A stretch of DNA of 64,000 nucleotides from Candidatus Poribacteria bacterium (GCA_965205015.1 OZ242029.1:5152001-5216000), one strand, 5' to 3'. Positions 9,662-21,580 are shown, numbered from the stretch's first letter. Notes: generated by a model from the letters alone, not told the origin. A program made the numbers and translations.

Positions 9662-9748
9662 TACCACTGACGGCAGCGTGCCACTGACATTTTCCTTGAC
9701 ATCCGAAAATCAACATGCTTTACTATAAGTAGAAAAAAGGGAGTCATC

Positions 9749-10225
9749 ATGAAAACTGTTTTGCTTTTCATACTATTCTGTGCACTCGCTCTACCGGCTC
9801 TCGGTGAATTAACCGATGCCGATCTGGATAAAATTCGCTTGATTGTCCAAGAAGAAATCAAGAAGGAGACCACTTCATTAAAAACGGAGTTTAAAAACGA
9901 GATTGCTACAACTAACGAAAAAATTGATGGATTAGATGAACGTCTGCGAACCGTAGAAGCGGATGTTTCGGAAATCAAGGGTTATCAAACAGGGCACGAA
10001 TCTGGCACAGAGACAAAGATAAGTTGGATTATTGCCATTACTTCAATTGTAGCTGCGGTTGTTGCCTTTGGTGCCCTAATTGCGAATCAAATGAAAAAAG
10101 ACTCACCCTTAGAGACACTCTCAAAGGTAATAGTAGATTTAAGCGAAAAGAAATCATCTACTGCTGAAGTTGAGAAAGATGACATAGAGAACACAATCAC
10201 CGGGCAGGTTCCTCCGCAACAATAG
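9749..10225 (+). CDS. Signal-peptide, coiled-coil and TM hypothetical protein
   Basis: Good RBS (AAGGGAG); signal peptide ALPALG; heptad-rich region; one TM helix (ISWIIAITSIVAAVVAFGALIA). Confidence 0.75.
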   Translation: MKTVLLFILFCALALPALGELTDADLDKIRLIVQEEIKKETTSLKTEFKNEIATTNEKIDGLDERLRTVEADVSEIKGYQTGHESGTETKISWIIAITSIVAAVVAFGALIANQMKKDSPLETLSKVIVDLSEKKSSTAEVEKDDIENTITGQVPPQQ

Positions 10226-10338
10226 CGGATACCGATGTCTCCCCCGCGATCATTGCCTCTACCACCTTTGATAGTGATTCTTGTTTCTTGCCTCCTTCCG
10301 GCTGAAGAGGATGTCAATATAGGAACTTGGACGTGGTC

Positions 10339-10881
10339 ATGAAAGTTTTGGTCGGTTCTGAAAATCCAGTGAAAATTCAGAGCGTGCGGGACGGTTTTTT
10401 AACATTTTTCGAACACGTAGAGGTCGAAGGTATATCCGTTGATACGGGTGTTCCGCATCAACCTATGAATGATGAGACATTTGAGGGTGCCAAAAATCGC
10501 GCCGAGAACATCAAGCGCATCAATGATCAGCAGAACCTCGACGCGACGTTTTTTGTCGGAATTGAAGGCGGCGTTCTTCAACTGCAGGATAGGTGGTTTA
10601 GTGTGAATGTCGTTTATATTTTAGATCAACAGAATCGAGACAGCTTTGCCACAACGGGACTTTATGAATTGCCCAGTGCGCTATCGAAGGAACTTTTGAT
10701 GAAAAAAGACTTAGGACATGCGATTGCTGTTCTTGCCAATGATAGCTTCACTGCACGCGAGCGCGGCACTGTTGGATTTCTGACAGATGGTAAGATTGAT
10801 AGGTTCCAAAATCAGGTCCAAGGCGTCACTTTAGCATTAATCCCTTTTCTTAATGACCATCTTTATTTTCCTTCTTCCTGA
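10339..10881 (+). CDS. yjjX: Inosine/xanthosine triphosphatase (non-canonical NTPase, DUF84)
   Basis: VGSENPVKI, GVPHQPM, ETFEGAKNRA and VGIEGG motifs. Confidence 0.88.
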   Translation: MKVLVGSENPVKIQSVRDGFLTFFEHVEVEGISVDTGVPHQPMNDETFEGAKNRAENIKRINDQQNLDATFFVGIEGGVLQLQDRWFSVNVVYILDQQNRDSFATTGLYELPSALSKELLMKKDLGHAIAVLANDSFTARERGTVGFLTDGKIDRFQNQVQGVTLALIPFLNDHLYFPSS

Positions 10882-10972
10882 TAGGCGGCACGGGTTTTGA
10901 GGGAAGGTAGAACGGTAGGCGAGGTTAGGAAACCTCGCCAGCGAAGGGTGTGGCGCACTGCCCACGAGCGAT

Positions 10973-12052
10973 TTAATCTATTTCCCATTCGTTCAAACCG
11001 AGTGGCACAGGATCAGGCCGTTCCGTCGTGCTTTCAATAAGGACGTGTTCACCGGTTTCCGAGGATTTATCAAATGCGAGCATCACCTCAAGCACATGGT
11101 ATGCCAATGTTCCGTTTGCGCGGTGTGTGCGTCCTGAACGGATAGCGGATACCATGTCAATCACTCCGATCATCCGAGCATTGTTCGGATAAGGGATTTC
11201 CACCTGTTCCCAATCGCCGCCTGCGGGACAGACATTTACGGGACCCCCAAATCCGTTCGGATCGGGGACGGTCATTGAGCCGGTTTCGCCGTAGATTTCG
11301 ATGCAGGGTAAACTCTGTCGCCACATATCGAAACTCATGATTGTCGTGACGATCGTCCCGTTTTCAAATTCCAGCGTACCTGTGAGATGCGTTGTAATTT
11401 TGACAGGGATTTTCATGCCATTTAACGCTTCACTCGTTGCGATCCGTTCCGCAAACCCCTTGCCCGTAATCGCGGCGACACGCTTGACGGGACCGAGGAG
11501 GTTGACGAGGGCTGTCATATAGTAGGGTCCCATATCCAGCATCGGACCCCCACCGATGTCGTAAAAAAACGCAGGATTCGGGTGCCAGCCTTCGGGCCCG
11601 TGTCCACACATGAACGCACTCCCGGCAATAGGTCTCCCAATTTTCCCAGAATCCAATGTTTGCCTTGATGTTTGGATACCTGCACCGAGGAAGGTGTCGG
11701 GGGCTGAACCGACGCGGCGTCCTTTTTCTGCGGCGGTATCAATCAGTTGTTTTCCGCTCTCGGTGTCCACGCCGAGCGGTTTTTCGCTGTAGACGTGTTT
11801 ACCTGATTCTAAGACTTGCAAGCCGACATCTACGTGCGCTCTCGGAATCGTGAGATTCACGACGAGTTCGATCTCATCATCAGCGAGCAATTCGTCAACG
11901 GTGCGTGCCTCGCAGTTGTATTTCTCGGCTTGTGCGTGTGCGGCTTCCATTCGGAGGTCGGCACAGGCTTTGATTTCTAAGATGTCAGTTTTTCGGGCGC
12001 CCTCAAAATAGGCACCACTGATGACGCCACACCCAATAATTCCGATTTTCAT
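10973..12052 (-). CDS. Gfo/Idh/MocA family oxidoreductase
   Basis: IGIIGCG Rossmann fold, HVYSEKP, GGGPMLDMGPYY. Confidence 0.95.
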   Translation of the reverse strand: MKIGIIGCGVISGAYFEGARKTDILEIKACADLRMEAAHAQAEKYNCEARTVDELLADDEIELVVNLTIPRAHVDVGLQVLESGKHVYSEKPLGVDTESGKQLIDTAAEKGRRVGSAPDTFLGAGIQTSRQTLDSGKIGRPIAGSAFMCGHGPEGWHPNPAFFYDIGGGPMLDMGPYYMTALVNLLGPVKRVAAITGKGFAERIATSEALNGMKIPVKITTHLTGTLEFENGTIVTTIMSFDMWRQSLPCIEIYGETGSMTVPDPNGFGGPVNVCPAGGDWEQVEIPYPNNARMIGVIDMVSAIRSGRTHRANGTLAYHVLEVMLAFDKSSETGEHVLIESTTERPDPVPLGLNEWEID

Positions 12053-12177
12053 TTTTTAGTATTACCTTTCAGGGGCTTTAGTACAGGTATGATTCTCCAG
12101 TGCGGTTAGAAACCGCCCCTACTGGGCTTGGGAAATCGGATTGATATAGTTCAATCAATCTCCCATTCCTTAGAATT

Positions 12178-12299
12178 CAGGACTTACGCACAATTGGCTT
12201 CTATGCCAAAATTGAGGTGATATTCCCGAAGAAAGCGCAATAAATTGCGCTACTATGAACCAAAGACGGCACAAAAACAGGGAAACTGCGTAAGTCCTA
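12178..12299. mobile_element. MITE-like element with AGGACTTACGCA terminal inverted repeats and a possible 6-bp AGAATT target duplication
   Basis: AGGACTTACGCA ... TGCGTAAGTCCT; AGAATT at 12172-12177 and 12300-12305; internal AGCGCAAT-AA-ATTGCGCT hairpin. A lone half occurs near 33341. Confidence 0.6.
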
Positions 12300-12304
12300 A
12301 GAAT

Positions 12305-12421
12305 TATAGTAAAGTTTAGAATTAATTAGACACTTTAAAGAGGCGAGGATACAATCCTCGCCAGCGGCGGAGAGGATTGTTTCGCTAAGCAACTGTCTAC
12401 ATATTTTTCGACTTTACTATA
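12305..12421. mobile_element. TA-flanked MITE (IS630/mariner-like ends), copy 1
   Basis: TATAGTAAAGT...ACTTTACTATA; ~26-bp imperfect TIR; internal GGCGAGG..CCTCGCC hairpin. Second copy at 13213. Confidence 0.65.
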
Positions 12422-12474
12422 AAAGTAGTAGGCACACGCTGTGTGCCGCAACATATTCATCTCCTAACTGCGAT

Positions 12475-13146
12475 CTAACTTGGCAAAAATACAGCAACAA
12501 ACGTTGTATCAAGACTAATTCTGAATAGCCAAATGCTGAGTGCTACGAAAAGAGCTTTGGTTTTACTGACTTCTGCGAAGATATGGATACCGATTGTTAG
12601 GACAAAAACATACCATACAGCTACCGGGTTTACGTAGGCAAGAAACATTAAAAGGTGTTTATTTTGGAGGGATCCCGCCAACAGGTGCAACCCTGGAATA
12701 ACTCTTGCGTCTATTGTTGTATGGATTTCTTCAATATCTCTAAAAACTGGGAGTAGTCCTGCATTCACAAGAAATGTCATTGTCCGAATCAGCATGATAT
12801 GGAAAAAGGCTGCGCAGATATGTTTGAATTTTATGGCACTCTTTATCTTTACTATTTTGGCTGTGAGCGTGAGAACGACACTCAATAAAATTGCCATTAA
12901 GATCGTGTAAGCCATCGAAAATACCGTAATAGATACAACAGAGAGTGTTTTGCTATATGACGGGGTATCAACGGCGCGCACAGCGAGAAGTTTCTGCGTA
13001 TATGGCAGAAGTGTCCACGCTAATATAAAAGAAAGGATACAATAGATCGTGAATACAGTTACCCACTTTGGCTCGGATTTCAGGCGTGTAAACGCTGCCG
13101 TGGGGTTTATAATAATGTCAACGACGTTTTTTAAGCTATCTTTCAT
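12475..13146 (-). CDS. YIP1-family membrane protein
   Basis: IIINPTAAFTRLK..P.W N-terminal Yip1 motif; ~5 TM helices; NP...WY...L.IG motif. Confidence 0.8.
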   Translation of the reverse strand: MKDSLKNVVDIIINPTAAFTRLKSEPKWVTVFTIYCILSFILAWTLLPYTQKLLAVRAVDTPSYSKTLSVVSITVFSMAYTILMAILLSVVLTLTAKIVKIKSAIKFKHICAAFFHIMLIRTMTFLVNAGLLPVFRDIEEIHTTIDARVIPGLHLLAGSLQNKHLLMFLAYVNPVAVWYVFVLTIGIHIFAEVSKTKALFVALSIWLFRISLDTTFVAVFLPS

Positions 13147-13212
13147 AGCGTAGTAACTTCGGGGGTAGGTATCTAAAATTCAAAGATAGAAAAGATTGGT
13201 AAATTTCCCATT

Positions 13213-13328
13213 TATAGTAAGTCCCACAATTACGTGGACACTGGGGCGAGGTTAGAAACCTCGCCAGCGGGATGCAGGATGGTGCTGCTACTCCTTGAGG
13301 TGTTAACTTATTTTTCGACTTTGCTATA
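13213..13328. mobile_element. TA-flanked MITE, copy 2, inserted at the stop-codon position of the Gfo/Idh/MocA pseudogene
   Basis: TATAGTAAGT...GACTTTGCTATA, 116 bp, with the same internal GGCGAGGTTAGAAACCTCGCCAGCGG hairpin. Confidence 0.65.
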
Positions 13329-13627
13329 ATCGATTTCCCATTCATTCAAACCCGTAGGGATAGGATCAGGTCGTTCCGTTGTGCTTTCGATGACGACGTG
13401 TTCGCCGGTTTCCGAGGATTTATCGAAGGCGCACATCACCTCAAGCACGTGGTATGCCAACGCGCCGTTTGCGCGGTGCATGCGTGGGAGTTGTATTTCT
13501 CGGCTTGTGCCTGCGCCGCTTCCATTCGGAGGTCAGCGCAGGCTTTGATCGCTAAGAGTTCGGTTTTTCGGGCGCCTTCAAAATAGGCACTGCTAATCGT
13601 GCCGCACCCAATAATTCCAATTTTCAT
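13327..13627 (-). pseudogene. Internally deleted paralog of the Gfo/Idh/MocA gene at 10973-12052
   Basis: The first ~50 codons and last ~50 codons closely match the intact gene. ~780 bp of the middle is missing, with CACCG microhomology at the junction. Confidence 0.9.
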
Positions 13628-13644
13628 TTTTTTCCTATGAACTC

Positions 13645-15636
<1,992 letters not shown>

Positions 15637-15807
15637 TCAGTTTGCATTTATGTTAATTGTCTGGGCATCTGTTGCAAGTCATTTTGCGGTGTCGCTTTCC
15701 ACACCGCACGTAATATATTCACTTGAAAAAAAGATGAATCTCTGTTCCATTTAACATACTAACATAAGTTCTACATTTTCGCAAGTCGTATGAGATCGGT
15801 CAAAAAG

Positions 15808-17167
15808 GTCACTTACCCCCATTTTTTTCTGAAGGTTTGTGGTGAAAGGTTTTTGTTGTAAAAAGTGTGAGAAAGTCAGTGGGTTTATGATAAAATACCT
15901 CCTTACGGCAACCGTTTGTAATCGAGTTTACAAAACATGTAAGGAGGTATTTTATGAAAAAGAGATACCCAAAACGGGTAAATCCAGAAACAATGATAGC
16001 ACGTTTTGGAGAAATCTTCAAGTCTGTTGGTATGAAAAAACCGGTTTTTCGGAATCTGGTGTTGGTCTTGATAGCGATCAGTGTTGCCCCGACGTTTCGG
16101 ATCAATGAAATTGCGTCGCGTTTGTCGCTCGTCGTCAAGCGGGAAAAGTCGAAACAGAAAAGGTTTCTGCGTTTCCTTGACACCCCGTTGCCTGTGGATG
16201 CGCTGAAACGTGCTTGGTTTGTGTCGGTTGTAGGTTGGTTTTCCAAGGATGCCAACGCTCATCTGTATTTGCTCGTTGATGAGACGTCTCTGATTGCCGG
16301 GTGGAAAGCACTTGTTGTTTCGATCCCGTTTCGGCATCGTGCGATCCCTGTCTTTTGGTTCATCTATAGCGATCAACAGCTTCACGAGGGTATCTATAAG
16401 AGTCATAATGAAATCATCCAATACTTCTGTGTTCATGTTTATCAAGAGGCTTTAGGGGTCGTGTCGCGGCATCAACAACGACCTGTTCTGGTGTTTGACC
16501 GTGGTTTTGGGCGTGCGCGATACGTCATCAAGTTTCTCAAGGCACGGGATATTGCGTTCGTGATGCGTGTTGCGAGGCATGTCGGTATCAGGCATGATGG
16601 GAGTCTGAAGAAACTTGATGACCTTGAAGCGGGCTGGTATCCGTATATCCTTTATCAGTCGCAGGAGCAGATACCGCTTCAACTTTATATCCTCAGAGAC
16701 GGTGCCTTTAAAGACCCGATGTATCTTATCTCAAATCGCCTCAGTGGACATCAGATACATCACTGCTACAAAAGACGCATGCAGATTGAACACGGGTTCC
16801 GAGATATAAAGTCGTGCTTCGGCTTTGGCAAACTCGTCTTGAAAAAACCGACACAAACGCGTCTGGATGTTCTCTGGCTGTGTGCCTGCTTGGCTTATGG
16901 ATTGGTGTTTATCAGTTATGAGAAGGTCGCCTCTACACACTGGCAGAAGGCACATAATAGTAATAACAGAAAAACTTTTTCTGTTATTACTATTATCAAA
17001 CGCGTGCTCACCGACTTATGGAACCAACATTTTCTCATCTCCTTTTTCACGCAGATACATTCCAGGGGCGATCCGCCTTGGGAAACCCTTGGAAACTGAC
17101 TTTCTCGCATACAAACCTGATGGCATCAACTACAATCTACTCTCGAAAAAAAATGGGGGTAAGTGAC
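15808..17167 (+). mobile_element. IS4-family insertion sequence, copy 1 (1360 bp, 21-bp TIR, 9-bp TSD GTCAAAAAG)
   Basis: GTCACTTACCCCCATTTTTTT at both ends in inverted orientation; direct repeat at 15799-15807 and 17168-17176. Confidence 0.93.
15954..17099 (+). CDS. IS4-family DDE transposase
   Basis: LLVDET, FDRGF and the YREK signature YKRRMQIEHGFRDIK. Confidence 0.93.
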   Translation: MKKRYPKRVNPETMIARFGEIFKSVGMKKPVFRNLVLVLIAISVAPTFRINEIASRLSLVVKREKSKQKRFLRFLDTPLPVDALKRAWFVSVVGWFSKDANAHLYLLVDETSLIAGWKALVVSIPFRHRAIPVFWFIYSDQQLHEGIYKSHNEIIQYFCVHVYQEALGVVSRHQQRPVLVFDRGFGRARYVIKFLKARDIAFVMRVARHVGIRHDGSLKKLDDLEAGWYPYILYQSQEQIPLQLYILRDGAFKDPMYLISNRLSGHQIHHCYKRRMQIEHGFRDIKSCFGFGKLVLKKPTQTRLDVLWLCACLAYGLVFISYEKVASTHWQKAHNSNNRKTFSVITIIKRVLTDLWNQHFLISFFTQIHSRGDPPWETLGN

Positions 17168-17316
17168 GTCAAAAAGGCGTTGGCAATTGTCTGAAAATAG
17201 AGTATAATTAATATTACCGTCGTGGGTGGGAATGCATCCGTATTGGGGATATTCTTGGTATAAACTGATATTGAAACCGTCTTGGGCGCGACACAAACTG
17301 CCTGGAGATATTCAGC

Positions 17317-18117
17317 ATGAAACAGCAAAAGCCTCGGAGACCGGCGCGTAATTTTACGATCAGAAAAGGTGGCTACATCACCAAATCCCAACTCGGAAAA
17401 CGTGGCACGATTCTCTCTGAATCCCAACTCCATGATTTTGAAGTCGAAAGAAAATTAGGGAGAACGGTGGATGGCGTTACTGTGATTACAGTCGAGGATT
17501 TAAACGCGGTTCGGCTCTTTCGTTACAACGATATCGAGAAGGCAGAAAAAGAATTGATGCTTGAGAATTTCCACAATGTCTCAATGCGAAAGAAATTCTG
17601 TGAGATTTGGAATATAGAAATGGAAGTGCATCCCGACACCCACTTTTCGCATGAAGAATTGTTGAGGCGTGGACATTGGACCCCCGAACGCGTAGAGAGG
17701 TTCTTGTCGTGTGAGTCTTTCTCTATGACTTTTTTAGGGGGACGTTTAACCTATCCAGTTTATCTAAAATCCGATGTCCGCAAAGTCGAACGTTCAGACG
17801 ATTACAAAATATTATGGCAAACCGAAAAGCAGCAGAGAATTGCAGCACGCAAAGCAGCGCGTGAGAAAGAAAAAATCACCCAGACACGGCTCATCTCTGA
17901 ACGTGGCTGGACAAAAGGTCTCATCAACGAATTGTTAGGCGAACCCGATGTTTTTCTGGATAACCCGCATTATAAATCTGCAGCGCCGATGCGCCTGTAC
18001 TTCCTGGATCGTGTGAAACACATTGAACAGACGAGTGATGTGTTTAAATCGCGGCGTAAGGATCGGCGAAAATCCGCCATCAAGAAAAGAAACCAGCCGA
18101 ATTATCCGAGCGTTTAG
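17317..18117 (+). CDS. Basic hypothetical protein with repeated putative DNA-binding modules
   Basis: 266-aa ORF containing ERGWTKGLINELLGEPD...NPHYKSAAPMRLY plus two weaker similar segments. Confidence 0.7.
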   Translation: MKQQKPRRPARNFTIRKGGYITKSQLGKRGTILSESQLHDFEVERKLGRTVDGVTVITVEDLNAVRLFRYNDIEKAEKELMLENFHNVSMRKKFCEIWNIEMEVHPDTHFSHEELLRRGHWTPERVERFLSCESFSMTFLGGRLTYPVYLKSDVRKVERSDDYKILWQTEKQQRIAARKAAREKEKITQTRLISERGWTKGLINELLGEPDVFLDNPHYKSAAPMRLYFLDRVKHIEQTSDVFKSRRKDRRKSAIKKRNQPNYPSV

Positions 18118-18195
18118 TGAAACTTAACCCAAATTGCGACTCACAGAATTTTAGGTATACAGCCCCTATAAAACCGTAATTTGTCAAAAAAGCAA

Positions 18196-18224
18196 TTGAC
18201 AGATGACAGCGTTGTTGCTATGAT
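18196..18224 (+). promoter_or_regulatory. sigma70-type promoter for glcB (TTGACA-17-TATGAT)
   Basis: Read directly. Confidence 0.65.
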
Positions 18225-18317
18225 AATTGACAACTGCGGTAAAAGTTGTTGCCGGTGCAACGAAGCATCGGCGAACGGAGATCTAACACCTTATAGCACC
18301 TCGGAATGGAGAAAAGC

Positions 18318-20501
18318 ATGGGAAACCGGATTGAAATCGGTAATCTCAGGATAGATGAAGATTTGTATGCATTGGTAAGAGACGAGATCGCACCCGGCAC
18401 CGGCGTAGCGGCGGATGCCTTCTGGAAAGCGTTGGGCGACATCGTTGCGGCGTTCGCATCAGAAAACAAGGCACTCTTGGAGAAACGAGATACGCTCCAG
18501 CAGCAGATCGACGAGTGGCATTTGGCGCGCAAAGATGCGCCCTTGGATGGTGAGGCGTATTCGGCGTTTCTTACGGACATAGGGTATCTGCTCCCGGAAG
18601 GACGGGATTTTACTGTGATTACCGAAGACGTTGACACAGAGATTTCGCTCATCTCGGGTCCGCAATTGGTTGTCCCGACTGATAATGCGCGCTATGCCTT
18701 AAACGCCGCGAACGCGCGCTGGGGAAGCCTTTACGATGCACTCTACGGCACCGATGTCATTGATGAATCGGATGGGGCGACACGCGGAACGACCTATAAC
18801 CCGATCCGAGGTAAGAAAGTCATCGACTATACCGAAAATTTTTTAGATGAAATGACGGAACTTGAAATTGGGAGTTTCTCTGACGTTACGGAATTTTCCC
18901 TAAAAACCGTTCATGATGAGCAACAGTTACGGGCAACTCTCGGTGATGGCAGCGAGGTCGGCTTAGCGGATCCGACCAAGTTTGTAGGGTTTACGCAGAC
19001 CGATGGCGAACTCAATGCGATTCTGCTGCGAAACCACGGATTGCACATTGAAATACAGATAGACCGAGAGCATCCCGTTGGAAAGGCACATTCCGCTGGT
19101 GTGGTTGATGTTATCCTTGAATCCGCAATTACGACAATTCAGGATTGTGAGGATTCCGTTGCGGCGGTGGATGCGGCGGACAAGGTGCGCGTCTATAGCA
19201 ACTGGAACGGTATCATGAAGGGGACGCTGGAGACAACGTTCGAGAAAAACGGCGAAATGCTGACCCGTCGCCTTGAACCGGATAAGACGTTTACCGCGCC
19301 CGATGGAAGTACGGTAACGCTACCGGGCAGAAGTCTGCTTCTGATCCGGAACGTTGGGCTCCACATGTATACGGATGCTGTCACGACGGCAGAAGGGGAC
19401 GAAATTCCGGAGGGCATCCTTGATGCCATGGTAACGAGTTTCGCCGCAATGCATGACCTGCAGGGCAACAGTCTCCGCACCAATAGCAAAACGGGGAGTA
19501 TCTACATCGTCAAGCCGAAGTTTCACGGACCCGAAGAGGTAGATATGACGATTCGGTTGTTTGAGTGGATTGAATCGGCACTTGGACTTCCGACGAATAC
19601 TATTAAAATTGGGATCATGGATGAGGAACGCCGGACGACTGTGAATCTCAAGGAAGCGATCCGAATTGCACAGGAACGCCTCGTCTTTATTAACACCGGA
19701 TTTTTGGATAGAACCGGCGATGAGATCCATACGAGTATGGAAGCGGGACCGATGATTCCCAAAATGGACATCCGCGACGAACCCTGGATGATCGCTTATG
19801 AGGATTGGAACGTCGATATCGGGATTGAAACGGCGTTGCTCGGCACTGCACAGATTGGGAAGGGGATGTGGACGAAACCGGATCAGATGGCAGAAATGGT
19901 CGAAACGAAGATGAATCACCCGTTGGCGGGAGCGACGACGGCGTGGGTGCCATCACCGACAGCCGCAACACTTCATGCGATGCACTATCACCGGGTTGAC
20001 GTTGCAAACTGGATAAAGGAGTTGTCGGCGAGGCAACGTGCGAGTTTGGCGGACTTACTCACACCGCCACTGTTGAAAGATCGCCAGCTGCACCCCGATG
20101 AAATTCAGCGTGAGTTGGATAACAACGCGCAAGGTATCTTGGGATACGTCGTCCGATGGGTGGATCAAGGGATCGGCTGCTCAAAAATACCCGATATTAA
20201 CAACGTCGGCTTGATGGAAGATAGGGCAACGCTGCGGATTTCGAGTCAACACATTGCGAATTGGCTGCACCACGGGATCGTTACGAAGGAACAGGTAACC
20301 GAAACGTTCCAACGGATGGCGAAGATCGTTGACGAGCAGAACGCCGGTGACCCGAATTATCGGGATATGGCACCAAACTACGATCAGAGTATCGCATTCC
20401 AAGCAGCTTTGGACCTTGTGTTCAAGGGGTGTGAGTTACCAAACGGGTATACCGAATTTGTACTGCATCCACGGCGGCGAGAAGTCAAAGCGGGCGGTTA
20501 A
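18318..20501 (+). CDS. glcB: Malate synthase G
   Basis: [64 protein letters not shown]. Start could also be 18306. Confidence 0.98.
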   Translation: MGNRIEIGNLRIDEDLYALVRDEIAPGTGVAADAFWKALGDIVAAFASENKALLEKRDTLQQQIDEWHLARKDAPLDGEAYSAFLTDIGYLLPEGRDFTVITEDVDTEISLISGPQLVVPTDNARYALNAANARWGSLYDALYGTDVIDESDGATRGTTYNPIRGKKVIDYTENFLDEMTELEIGSFSDVTEFSLKTVHDEQQLRATLGDGSEVGLADPTKFVGFTQTDGELNAILLRNHGLHIEIQIDREHPVGKAHSAGVVDVILESAITTIQDCEDSVAAVDAADKVRVYSNWNGIMKGTLETTFEKNGEMLTRRLEPDKTFTAPDGSTVTLPGRSLLLIRNVGLHMYTDAVTTAEGDEIPEGILDAMVTSFAAMHDLQGNSLRTNSKTGSIYIVKPKFHGPEEVDMTIRLFEWIESALGLPTNTIKIGIMDEERRTTVNLKEAIRIAQERLVFINTGFLDRTGDEIHTSMEAGPMIPKMDIRDEPWMIAYEDWNVDIGIETALLGTAQIGKGMWTKPDQMAEMVETKMNHPLAGATTAWVPSPTAATLHAMHYHRVDVANWIKELSARQRASLADLLTPPLLKDRQLHPDEIQRELDNNAQGILGYVVRWVDQGIGCSKIPDINNVGLMEDRATLRISSQHIANWLHHGIVTKEQVTETFQRMAKIVDEQNAGDPNYRDMAPNYDQSIAFQAALDLVFKGCELPNGYTEFVLHPRRREVKAGG

Positions 20502-20529
20502 TAGTCGTAAGCGCAGAGAATTGAAAGAT

Positions 20530-20572
20530 AAAAGAAGGGAAGGGTGAACAAGCACCCTTCCCTTTTCTTTTT
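20530..20572. terminator. Bidirectional terminator between convergent glcB and the amidohydrolase gene
   Basis: AAGGGAAGGGTG-AACAAG-CACCCTTCCCTT with T-rich and A-rich flanks. Confidence 0.8.
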
Positions 20573-20583
20573 CGGAATTTCTT

Positions 20584-21441
20584 CTATGCGTCGAGTCGGT
20601 AAAATTTGATGGCGTTGTCGCGGAAGAGATTGCCTAACGCCTCAGATGAGCACCCTGAGACAGCCTCTGTTAATGTGTGCACCCACCGCTGATAATCGGT
20701 CGCTTGTGTGGAGACGGGCCAATCGCTACCGTATATGACGCGATCAAAACCGAAACAGGTAATGACATGTTCGATATACGGTTGTAGGTCGGCGGGTGTC
20801 CATGCCTCGAAGTCGGCTTCGGTTACCAAGCCCGATATTTTGCAATGGACATTCGGGAACGTCGCAAGCGTTTGGATCTCCTGTTTCCATGGATCAAAAA
20901 GTTGGTTCTTGATGTCGGGTTTGCCGATGTGGTCTAAGATGAATTGAACATGCGGACACTGTTCCACAAGCCGAATCGCATTGGCGAGTTGCGGGTGAAA
21001 GATACAGATATCGAAGTTGAGTCCGTAGCGAGAAAGCGTTTTAACACCACTTACAAAGTCGGGTTGGACGCAGAAGTCCACGCTCTCGGATTGGATGAGA
21101 CGGCGGATACCTTTGACGAGTGGGTTCTCTGCCAGTTTTTCGACAAAGGGTGCCACCTGTTCTCCCTCTTCAAGGGGTGCCCAGGCGACAATGCCCTGAA
21201 TCCGAGGATCGACTGTTGTTGCGAGATCAGTGACCCACGCCGTCTCTTTCAAGCCGTCATCGGGGTGTGTATCGCATTGGACAAAGACGATGGATTCGAT
21301 GTCCAATGCGCCGGAGGCGTCGTTGTAATCTTTTAGGAGATAAGGTCTATTGAGAGCGGGGACTTCCGTAAGCCATGGGTATCTCAACCGTTCCGGGTGC
21401 CAGAGGTGAACATGCGTGTCAACGATCGGGAATTTCTCCAT
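20584..21441 (-). CDS. Amidohydrolase family 2 protein (L-fuconolactonase-like)
   Basis: DTHVHLW, ILDHIGKP, CKISGL, YGSDWPV. Confidence 0.92.
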   Translation of the reverse strand: MEKFPIVDTHVHLWHPERLRYPWLTEVPALNRPYLLKDYNDASGALDIESIVFVQCDTHPDDGLKETAWVTDLATTVDPRIQGIVAWAPLEEGEQVAPFVEKLAENPLVKGIRRLIQSESVDFCVQPDFVSGVKTLSRYGLNFDICIFHPQLANAIRLVEQCPHVQFILDHIGKPDIKNQLFDPWKQEIQTLATFPNVHCKISGLVTEADFEAWTPADLQPYIEHVITCFGFDRVIYGSDWPVSTQATDYQRWVHTLTEAVSGCSSEALGNLFRDNAIKFYRLDA

Positions 21442-21512
21442 TGCGGTGCTCCTTTATTATCTTGCGTTTGGGGTATTTTAAGGCTGCTATGCAAGATTGT
21501 CAAGTTGAAAAA

Positions 21513-21541
21513 TTGACATCCACAACGAGAACGTGTATAAT
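21513..21541 (+). promoter_or_regulatory. Consensus sigma70 promoter TTGACA-17-TATAAT
   Basis: Perfect consensus upstream of the ThuA pair. Confidence 0.8.
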
Positions 21542-21580
21542 TGTAGCATAGTAGATACTCCGAATGGGGGAACGAAAAAT

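Noticed and set aside
12050-12075. CCTGAAAGGTAATACTAAAAAATG before the Gfo/Idh/MocA gene as a fifth copy of the start-codon element
   Set aside because: Only the AAGG/A-rich tail is similar. The 42-nt core and GTAGCC hairpin are not recognisable, so it was not counted.
15809-16445. Antisense ORFs inside the IS4 copies (also 31558-32214)
   Set aside because: They overlap the transposase and are present in both copies only because the copies are near-identical. No recognisable motifs.
17270-17279. Isolated ATTGAAAC as an orphan CRISPR repeat
   Set aside because: Only the last 8 bases match, which is expected by chance.
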